From contig JAPPFB010000018.1 in the NCBI GenBank assembly GCA_028875225.1, forward strand, positions 101,543 to 165,542: a stretch of DNA of 64,000 bases, given 5' to 3'. The stretch is from Chloroflexota bacterium. GTDB taxonomy: Bacteria > Chloroflexota > Dehalococcoidia > Bin125. The position numbers and the translations under genes are program-made. Under the pieces are notes generated by a model, which had not been told where the DNA came from, did not search any database, and was given only the letters and a program-made list of their open reading frames with translations. This document shows positions 56,699 to 64,000 of the stretch, one piece after another. Within the stretch, counting starts at the first letter, position 1. Every line of letters begins with the position of its first letter.

Positions 56699-58039
56699 AT
56701 GGTCACCAGCGCGGCCCCACGACTCACGCTTGACACACTCGACATCACCGACTCGGACCGCTACCGCGACCATGGCTACCCCTGGGCGGAGTGGGACCTG
56801 CTGCGTCGGGAAGCGCCGGTCTACTGGTATCAACGGCCTGGCTTTGAGCCGTTCTGGGCGATTACCAGGCATGCCGATATCCGTTTCATCAGCGCGCACC
56901 CGGAGTTGTTCTCGAACTCGCAGATGTTACGTCTGAACACGGCCCAGAAGCTGACCCAGCAGCAGACGGAGCGCGAATTCCAGACCAATCGCCACGGCGG
57001 TGATCCGTCCGACCCGCAGGATTTCATCTGGATGGATCCACCCGAGCATCGCCAGCATCGCGGCATCGTCGCGCGCCATTTCACCCCACGGGTGATGAAG
57101 ACGCTCGAGGACCACTTCGCCGAGATGGCCGAGAACTACGTTTCCGATTTCGCCGACAAGTTAGTGGTGAGCTTTGCCGAGCATGGCGCCGATCAGGGCG
57201 CCGATTCGGCGGTTGACGTCGTGCACGAACTCTCGGCCAAGCTGCCCGTCGCGGCGATCTGCGACATGGGCGGCGTGCCTGAAGAGGACTGGGACAAGAT
57301 CTTCGAGTGGACGGAGGCCTTTGCCGGCCAGGACGACCCCGAGTACTGGGAACCGGGCGAAACGTCATTCCAGGCGACGCAGCGGATCGTCGGACAATGG
57401 TTCCGGCACACGCAGGGGCTGATCGAGGAGCGTCATCGCAAAGGCTTCGGCGACGACCTGTTGAGCGATCTGTTGCAAGCGGAGATCGACGGACGCAAGC
57501 TGACCGCAGACGAGGTGCACAACTACTTCTTCCTGTTGCTCGGGGCCGGCAACGAAACGACGCGCAACGCCATCACGGGAGGGGTCAAGGCGCTGCTCGA
57601 CCATCCCGACCAGATGCAGATGCTGGTCGAGGACGCGTCCCTGGTGCCCTCGGCGGTCGAGGAGATCCTGCGCTGGACGTCAATTGTGATTCAGTTTCAG
57701 CGAACCGCCGTACAGGACGTCGAGCTGGGCGGTCAAACGATTCGCAAGGGTGAGTCGGTGGTGCTGTGGTATCCGTCGGCAAACCGCGACGAGGAGATCT
57801 TCGAGGATCCGTACCGATTCGATATCACGCGCCAGGAGAACGATCACTTCGCCTTCGGCGGCTACGGCGAGCACTTCTGTCTGGGCGCGAACCTGGCCCG
57901 CTGGGAGATGCGAGCGATGTTCCATGCGCTCAGACCGCTGCTGCCGCAGCTCGAAATCGCGGCGGATCCGGAATATGTGATCTCATTCCTGCATGTGGGC
58001 GGCATCAAGCGTCAGATGGTCCGGCACCGGCCAGGCTGA
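56699..58039 (+). CDS. Cytochrome P450 (paralogue 1 of 3)
   Basis: I-helix GAGNETT, EEILRW (ExxR) and heme loop FGGYGEHFCLG. Confidence 0.9.
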   Translation: MVTSAAPRLTLDTLDITDSDRYRDHGYPWAEWDLLRREAPVYWYQRPGFEPFWAITRHADIRFISAHPELFSNSQMLRLNTAQKLTQQQTEREFQTNRHGGDPSDPQDFIWMDPPEHRQHRGIVARHFTPRVMKTLEDHFAEMAENYVSDFADKLVVSFAEHGADQGADSAVDVVHELSAKLPVAAICDMGGVPEEDWDKIFEWTEAFAGQDDPEYWEPGETSFQATQRIVGQWFRHTQGLIEERHRKGFGDDLLSDLLQAEIDGRKLTADEVHNYFFLLLGAGNETTRNAITGGVKALLDHPDQMQMLVEDASLVPSAVEEILRWTSIVIQFQRTAVQDVELGGQTIRKGESVVLWYPSANRDEEIFEDPYRFDITRQENDHFAFGGYGEHFCLGANLARWEMRAMFHALRPLLPQLEIAADPEYVISFLHVGGIKRQMVRHRPG

Positions 58040-58084
58040 GCCAGTCCTTGTCGTACCATTTGATCAAGACAAAGGGGAGATCTC

Positions 58085-59413
58085 ATGGTTATCGCAGAGG
58101 CGCCGACGCTGACGCTCGACACGGTGGACATCACGGACTCGGATCGATATCGCGATGACGGCTATCCGTGGGCCGAGTGGGATCTGCTGCGCCAGGAGGC
58201 GCCCGTCTACTGGTACCAGCGGCCTGAGTACGAGCCATTCTGGGCGATCACGAAGCATGCGGACATTCGTTTCATTTCGTCGCATCCGGAGCTGTTCTCG
58301 AATCAGCAGATGTTGCGTCTGAACACGGCGAAGAAGCTGGGCACGGCGCAACGCAGCCGCGATCTGCAGATGAACTTCACGGGTGGCGACGCGGCCGATC
58401 CGCCAGACTTCATCTACATGGACCCGCCGGAGCATCGTCAGCACCGCAGCCTCGTGGCGCGGCACTTCACTCCGCGCATGATGAAGATGCTGGAGGATCA
58501 CTTCGGCGAGATGGCGGAGAACTACGTCTCCGATTTCGCCGACAAAGTCGTCAATGACTTCGCCGAGCGCGGTACAGGCTCGGCGGTCGACCTGGTGCAT
58601 GAGCTGTCGGCCAAGCTGCCGGTGGCCGCGATCTGCGACATGGGTGGCGTGCCCGAGGAGGACTGGGATCAGATCTTCAAGTGGACCGAAGTGATTGTGG
58701 GGGCGGATGATCCGGAGTTTCGGCTGCCGGGCGAGTCGCCGTCGCAGGCGAGCCGCCGCGTCAGCGAGGAATGGTTCCGCTACAACTACGAGCTGATTCA
58801 GCAGCGTCAGTCAGAGGGTCTGGGCGACGATCTGCTCAGCGATCTGCTGCGGGCCGAGGTTGACGGGCGTAAGCTGTCGCCGGCCGAGATTCACGGCTAC
58901 TTCGTGCTGCTGCTGGCGGCGGGGAACGAGACCACGCGGAATTCGATCAGCGGCGGCGTCAAGGCGCTGCTCGATCATCCCGATCAGATGCAGATGCTGG
59001 TCGACGACGCATCGCTGGTGCCGTCGGCGGTGGAGGAGATCCTGCGCTGGACCTCGATCGTGATCCAGTTCCAGCGCACGGCGATCGAGGACGTTGAGTT
59101 GCGAGGCAAGCAGATCCGCAAGGGCGAGTCGGTAGTGCTCTGGTATCCGTCGGCGAACCGCGACGAGGACGTGTTCGAGGATCCGTACAAGTTCGACATT
59201 ACGCGCGAAGAGAATGATCACTTCGCGTTCGGCGGCTACGGCGAGCATTTCTGTCTCGGCGCGAACCTGGCGCGCTGGGAGATGCGCTCGATCTTCCACG
59301 CGCTGCGTCCCGTGCTGCCGAACCTGGAGCTCGTTGCGCCGCCGGAGAACGTGATCGCCTTCCTGCACGTCGGCGGAATCAAGCGTCAGATGGTGCGCTA
59401 CCGGCCGGCCTAG
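58085..59413 (+). CDS. Cytochrome P450 (paralogue 2 of 3)
   Basis: Same motifs. Long identical runs with the neighbours (SAVEEILRWTSIVIQFQRT, DHFAFGGYGEHFCLGANLARWEMR). Confidence 0.9.
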   Translation: MVIAEAPTLTLDTVDITDSDRYRDDGYPWAEWDLLRQEAPVYWYQRPEYEPFWAITKHADIRFISSHPELFSNQQMLRLNTAKKLGTAQRSRDLQMNFTGGDAADPPDFIYMDPPEHRQHRSLVARHFTPRMMKMLEDHFGEMAENYVSDFADKVVNDFAERGTGSAVDLVHELSAKLPVAAICDMGGVPEEDWDQIFKWTEVIVGADDPEFRLPGESPSQASRRVSEEWFRYNYELIQQRQSEGLGDDLLSDLLRAEVDGRKLSPAEIHGYFVLLLAAGNETTRNSISGGVKALLDHPDQMQMLVDDASLVPSAVEEILRWTSIVIQFQRTAIEDVELRGKQIRKGESVVLWYPSANRDEDVFEDPYKFDITREENDHFAFGGYGEHFCLGANLARWEMRSIFHALRPVLPNLELVAPPENVIAFLHVGGIKRQMVRYRPA

Positions 59414-59484
59414 ATTCACTTCGGCGGCGCGAACAGGTATCTTCATGATGATCTCTACGCGTGAGATCGCCATGGAGGGTCCTG

Positions 59485-60813
59485 ATGGTTACTGCTGAAC
59501 GTCCGGCGCTAACGCTTGACAATCTGAACATCACCGACACGTCGCTCTATGTGGAGCACGGCTACCCGTGGGAGGCGTGGGATCTGCTGCGTCAGGAGGC
59601 GCCGGTCTACTGGTATCAGCGGCCCAACTTCGAGCCGTTCTGGGCGATCACCAAGCATGCCGACGTTCGCTATATCTCGTCGCATCCGGAGTTGTTCTCA
59701 AACACGCAGATCCTGCGGATGAACGATCACGAGTCGATTGGCATCCTCGAGCGCGGGCGCGAGGTCAACGCGAACCGGTACGGCGGACATCCGTCGGAGC
59801 CGCCCGACTTCATCTTCATGGACCCGCCGGAGCATCGCGAGCATCGGCGGTTGGTGGCGCATCACTTCACGCCGCGGATGATGAAGCGGCTCGAGGATCA
59901 CTTCGCCGAGATGTCGGAGAACTACATCTCGACGTTTGCGGATCGGATCGTCGCCGACTTCGCCGAGCGCGGCGCGACGAGCGCGCTCGACGTGGTGCAT
60001 GAGGTCTCGGCCTTGCTGCCGGTGGCGGCGATCTGCGACATGGCCGGCGTCCCGGAGGACGACTGGGGCCAGATCTTTCACTGGACCGAGACGGCCGGGG
60101 GCGCCGCGGATCCGGAGTTTCGGCTGCCGGGTGAGGATCGCGAGCAGACGATCCGTCGGGTCAACCTGGAGTTCAACGTCTACAACGAGGGGCTGGTGCG
60201 CGAGCGCCAGGCGAACGGTTTGGGCGACGACCTGCTGAGCGACCTGATGCGGGCGGAAGTCGGCGGCGAACACCTGACGCCGCGCGAGATTTCCTCGTAC
60301 TTCCGCCTGCTGATCGGCGCGGGCAATGAGACGACCCGAAACTCGATCACGGGCGGGATCAAGGCGCTGCTCGATCATCGCGACCAGCTCGACGACCTCG
60401 TCGCCAACCCGGAACTGATTCCTTCGGCGGTCGAGGAGATCCTGCGCTGGACGTCGATCGTGATTCAGTTCCAGCGCACGGTGACGGAGGACCTCGAGCT
60501 GCGCGGAAAGACGCTGCGCAAGGGCGACTCGATCGTGATGTGGTATCCGTCGGCGAATCGCGACGAAGAGGTGTTCGAGAACCCGTACAAGTTCGACATC
60601 CGACGCGATCCGAACGACCACTTCGCGTTTGGCGGCTACGGCGAGCACTTCTGCCTGGGCGCGAACCTGGCCCGTTGGGAGATGCGGGCGATTTTCCATG
60701 CCCTATTGCCGATTCTGCCGAATCTGGAGTTGGCGGGCGAGCCGGAGATGGTGCCGCGGTCGCTGCACGTCGGCGGGATCAAGCGCCAGATGGTTCGTTA
60801 CCGGGCGCAGTAG
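59485..60813 (+). CDS. Cytochrome P450 (paralogue 3 of 3)
   Basis: ATG 59485 after GGAGGG. Same motifs. Confidence 0.9.
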   Translation: MVTAERPALTLDNLNITDTSLYVEHGYPWEAWDLLRQEAPVYWYQRPNFEPFWAITKHADVRYISSHPELFSNTQILRMNDHESIGILERGREVNANRYGGHPSEPPDFIFMDPPEHREHRRLVAHHFTPRMMKRLEDHFAEMSENYISTFADRIVADFAERGATSALDVVHEVSALLPVAAICDMAGVPEDDWGQIFHWTETAGGAADPEFRLPGEDREQTIRRVNLEFNVYNEGLVRERQANGLGDDLLSDLMRAEVGGEHLTPREISSYFRLLIGAGNETTRNSITGGIKALLDHRDQLDDLVANPELIPSAVEEILRWTSIVIQFQRTVTEDLELRGKTLRKGDSIVMWYPSANRDEEVFENPYKFDIRRDPNDHFAFGGYGEHFCLGANLARWEMRAIFHALLPILPNLELAGEPEMVPRSLHVGGIKRQMVRYRAQ

Positions 60814-60822
60814 CGGCATACA

Positions 60823-63804
60823 GTGTTGGGGATGCGAATCCCCAAACCCTCGACGTTTGCTGTAGCAGGCGCTCTGGCGGCGCTTTTGGTCGGATTCGCG
60901 TTCCTGATTGCGGACTCCGGCGTGGCTCAGGAGCCGGACCGGGCGCGGGCGAGCTACGAGTTCAGCGGACAGATTCTGACTCGGGTCGACGAGCTCGGCC
61001 GGCTGGAGCTGTGTCTGCGCACCGAGGACGGTCAGGTGCTGTGCCCGGAGGCGCGCTTCGTGCGGCCGGATCGAGCCAGGACGAATCGCTGGATCGCGAG
61101 CAGCGAGGTCGCTTGGCAGTCGGCGATTGAGCCTGAGCGAATCGTCTATCCGGCTCGCGATGGTTCAGGCACCGGTCAGGCTTCGACGTATGCGCTCGAC
61201 GCGGAACGGATGCTGTCCGCTACCTGGAAAGTGGAGACGTCGCGATCCTTCGGGACGGCGTTTCATATCGGCGGCGGCCGGTTCATCACCGCGCATCACG
61301 TGATTGAGGGGAAGCCCCCGTTCGCTTCGTTGATCCATGGCGAGCGGACGATCGGCGCGGTCGTGCTGGGGACTGACCCACAGTTTGATCTGGCTCTACT
61401 GGAGGTGGTGAATCCGGAGTTGGTGTCGGACGTTCCAGCGATGCGGCTGCGAGCGCCGACCTCGGATGACGTTGGCCAGCCGGTGTTCGTGACGGGGTAT
61501 CCGGGCGGAGAGGCGTTGACGTTCTCGAGCGGTGGAGTCGTGATCCAGGTCTGGGACGACAACATCCAGACCAGCAGCGCGATTCGCACCGGCACCAGTG
61601 GCGGGCCAATGTTCGATGCCTGCGGAGACGTGATCGGCGTCGTGTGGGCTGCCAGTTCTTCCTGGGCGTACACGTTTTCCGGTCAGGCGCTGCAGAAGTC
61701 GCTCAGGCGGATCAGCGAACAATGGCCGATGTCGCCGCGTTTACCCGATTCTTTGCCGTCGACGCTGCGGGCGGCCGACCGCCTGGTCTGGCACTACGGC
61801 CCCGAGCCGCCGCAGGACGTGGACTGCTCGGAGTTGGACGCCGACTGGTGGGTTGGTCTTTCCGGAATCGCCGATGAGGCTGAGGTTCGCGCCGACCTGG
61901 AGCGCAGTGGCTGGCGGCAGGTCGGCGTGTGCGGGGCCGACGGACCAGATGACTTCGATAACGGATTCACGTACATTGCGGCGCTCAAACTGCAGGATCC
62001 GTTTGTCGCGCCTGCTCAGGATTGTTCCGGCGAGGATGTGTTCTTCGTCGACACCGTGTTGTTCGACGAGCCGCAGGCGTTCGGATCGATTCGGCTGACC
62101 ACTTCGGGCCTGGGCCCGCTGTGTCCCGAGATGCGGCGCTACTCGTTGCTGATTGGATTCGATGATCCGCAGGTCGCGGGCGCCGACCTTGGGGCGACCC
62201 TGGTGGGCGCCGACGGATCATTGCAGGTCGGTCGCTGGCAGCGACGGTCGTTTGAGAGTCTGGACGGGGCTCCGGACCGGTTGGTGACCACCTTCTGGCA
62301 GGAATGGACGGCGCCGGCGGAGTTTGAGCCCGTCGCTCTGCGCCTGGCGTTGGGCGGCAACCGGCTGTTGCTCCCATTGCGACCGGGCCTGCCTCCGCCG
62401 TCGGCGGGGGCGCAGCTCGCGACCATTGAGCAGCGCGCGCAGATCGTGGTCCGGATTGACGGCGAGAGCGAAGCGGTGGAGACCTGCCTGCGGACGTCGG
62501 GCGCGGTGCATTGCTCGCCGGACGTCGGCGCGGTGGAGTACCCGGGTCATGTGGGTCGATGGCGGGAGTCGGCGCCGATTGCCTGGTCCGCGGTGGTGCC
62601 GACAGAGCTCACCGCGGCGCCCGGGCATGTGAGCCAGCAGGTGCTGAGCTGCGCATTCGAGGGTCCGGAACGCTTCTTCGCCTGGCAGTTCAACTCTCTG
62701 GCCGGCAGCGGCACGGCGGTGTATGTCGGCGATCGGCAGTTCATCGTCAACGGGGCGCAGGTTCCGGACGGCGCGCCCTGGGGCGTGATTTCTCGCGGTT
62801 CCCACTCGCATGCCGTGATCCGCGTGTCGCACGACCCGCGCAACGACCTGGCGCTGGTCGAGTTGTTCGACACGGAGGCGGATGCCGACCTGGGCCGCGC
62901 CGTCCTGATCGGCTCGACCAACGAGGAGATGGTCGGCGGCTACGTGTATCTGCTCTCGTATCCGGCCGGCGATGCCGCGCGATCCAACCTGTCGGTGCTG
63001 GATGTGACGACCGTCACTGATCGGGTGTTCCGGGTCGAGCCGTCGGGCATTCAGCGTCACGGCGCTCCGCTGGTCGACCTCTGCAGTCACGAGTTGCTGG
63101 GAATCTCGATCGGCGGCGACGACCTGCTGCGGGCCGAGACGGTGGCGGATTCGCTGGCGTTGATGCGCAGCGACGCCGAGCGGCCGTACTTCGACCGGGA
63201 CGGTCCGCCGGCACACGGCTCGGCGGCCGCGCTGGGCGAGCCGCTCTACGCCGGACCGGTCCAGCCGCAGTTCTCGGGCCGGATCTGCGCGGTGCATCCG
63301 TCGGAACGCTATGAGCAGCACTACGCGGTGTACGCCTCCAGCGTGGACAACCCGGATGTCTGGCGGGTCTACGAGGAGGACGGCACGCGTCCCAACACGT
63401 GCGACTTCGGCGACAAGATCTTCATCGTCGAGTACCGCGCCGACGAGCCGCCGGAGGCGGTCTGCATCGAACCGCGGCGACCGCTCTCGCCGGTCTCCAC
63501 CGTCGAACTGGAGTTGGAGGCGCCGGACGGAGTCGAGCTGCTGCTGGCCAGGGAGTTCGTGCGGGACGACTGTCCGGGTCTGTCGACGCTGGAGCAGTCC
63601 CGCTGGTTCTCGACGCACTACTTCAAGCTGAGAAACACGGGCCGGCACGACTTCGAGGACATGACCGTGCGCGTCTACAACGAGGAGGACCAGCGCTACA
63701 TTCCGAGACGCGACGTCGTCAGCTTCGCCGACTCGGACGTCTGGGCCTGGCGGGTGCGAGTCCGAGAGGGCGCGCCGGTGAAGATCGTGGTGACGGTGCG
63801 GTAG
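60823..63804 (+). CDS. Exported 993-aa protein: internal duplication of [module + trypsin-like domain + extension], first protease domain intact, second catalytically dead
   Basis: Signal/anchor FAVAGALAALLVGFAFLIA. Domain 1 has ITAHHV / FDLALLEV / GTSGGPMF. Domain 2 has IVNGAQV / NDLALVEL / QRHGAPLV. Modules lie at 60967-61116 and 62437-62586. The start is GTG 60823 or ATG 60832. Confidence 0.75.
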   Translation: MLGMRIPKPSTFAVAGALAALLVGFAFLIADSGVAQEPDRARASYEFSGQILTRVDELGRLELCLRTEDGQVLCPEARFVRPDRARTNRWIASSEVAWQSAIEPERIVYPARDGSGTGQASTYALDAERMLSATWKVETSRSFGTAFHIGGGRFITAHHVIEGKPPFASLIHGERTIGAVVLGTDPQFDLALLEVVNPELVSDVPAMRLRAPTSDDVGQPVFVTGYPGGEALTFSSGGVVIQVWDDNIQTSSAIRTGTSGGPMFDACGDVIGVVWAASSSWAYTFSGQALQKSLRRISEQWPMSPRLPDSLPSTLRAADRLVWHYGPEPPQDVDCSELDADWWVGLSGIADEAEVRADLERSGWRQVGVCGADGPDDFDNGFTYIAALKLQDPFVAPAQDCSGEDVFFVDTVLFDEPQAFGSIRLTTSGLGPLCPEMRRYSLLIGFDDPQVAGADLGATLVGADGSLQVGRWQRRSFESLDGAPDRLVTTFWQEWTAPAEFEPVALRLALGGNRLLLPLRPGLPPPSAGAQLATIEQRAQIVVRIDGESEAVETCLRTSGAVHCSPDVGAVEYPGHVGRWRESAPIAWSAVVPTELTAAPGHVSQQVLSCAFEGPERFFAWQFNSLAGSGTAVYVGDRQFIVNGAQVPDGAPWGVISRGSHSHAVIRVSHDPRNDLALVELFDTEADADLGRAVLIGSTNEEMVGGYVYLLSYPAGDAARSNLSVLDVTTVTDRVFRVEPSGIQRHGAPLVDLCSHELLGISIGGDDLLRAETVADSLALMRSDAERPYFDRDGPPAHGSAAALGEPLYAGPVQPQFSGRICAVHPSERYEQHYAVYASSVDNPDVWRVYEEDGTRPNTCDFGDKIFIVEYRADEPPEAVCIEPRRPLSPVSTVELELEAPDGVELLLAREFVRDDCPGLSTLEQSRWFSTHYFKLRNTGRHDFEDMTVRVYNEEDQRYIPRRDVVSFADSDVWAWRVRVREGAPVKIVVTVR

Positions 63805-63824
63805 GCGTCGCGGGGAGATTCGGG

Positions 63825-64000
63825 ATCGGTTCGCCGGATTTGCTGCTCTGGACTGGGAATTCTGCCGAAAGCCGTCCGGGAGAGTCCAGGTTTGTCCAGA
63901 TTTGTCCATAACAGTCCAGGATTGATGAGTGCGGTTCCTGCTGGTTGCCGAGGGATCCAGGTGAGTCCGGGTGGGGGATTGGCTGGTGTCGAGATTCATG
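63825..64000 (+). repeat. Leader-like repeat, copy B, with four 10-bp-phased iterons (63885-63924)
   Basis: gtccaggttt/gtccagattt/gtccataaca/gtccaggatt. Aligns with the reverse complement of 4880-5060. Ends at ATG 63998-64000 at the window edge. Confidence 0.65.

Overview
High-GC (about 65% by eye) bacterial chromosomal segment, read by hand from the sequence and the ORF track with no database searches. The composition and hairpin-repeat style suggest Chloroflexota or Actinomycetota, but this is unverified. Most of the window is housekeeping. An aromatic amino-acid supraoperon (tyrA-aroA-gmk, then trpE-[2 inserts]-trpG-D-C-F-B-[insert]-trpA-aroH-DAHP synthase) spans about 29.1-43.0 kb. It is followed by coaD, rsmD, htrA, greA, lysS and priA. 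Accessory parts are listed below.

- **0.97-5.6 kb:** a small defence/addiction islet holding a fused PD-ExK/N6-methyltransferase type IIG-like enzyme, higBA and a hypoxanthine-DNA glycosylase-like gene.
- **5.7-15 kb:** a decaying segmental-duplication array of family III CoA-transferases interleaved with membrane-anchored sugar-type PBP-fold proteins, two of the copies being pseudogenes.
- **15-19.4 kb:** a catabolic cluster (DUF169, SDR, metallophosphoesterase, thiolase-fold plus DUF35).
- **19.5-21.4 kb:** an ABC-2 exporter.
- **21.5-22.9 kb:** adjacent Cu/Zn-SOD and Ni-SOD genes.
- **24.3-27.5 kb:** a tRNA-Arg(TCT) with a duplicated 3' fragment about 3 kb away, bracketing a RelE/antidote pair, a start-less SEC-C ORF and a zinc-ribbon DEAD-box helicase.
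- **56.7-63.8 kb:** three tandem P450 paralogues and a 993-aa exported protein with one active and one dead trypsin-like domain.

The most interesting signal is a roughly 50-56-aa module I cannot assign to a named domain. It occurs six times on unrelated exported proteins: three PBP-fold paralogues, the Cu/Zn SOD, and twice in the protease-like protein. Other recurring signals are an inverted pair of leader-like repeats with 10-bp-phased GTCCAGRTYT iterons (4.9 kb and 63.9 kb) and several intergenic structured repeat families. I saw no rRNA, CRISPR array, transposase or integrase.
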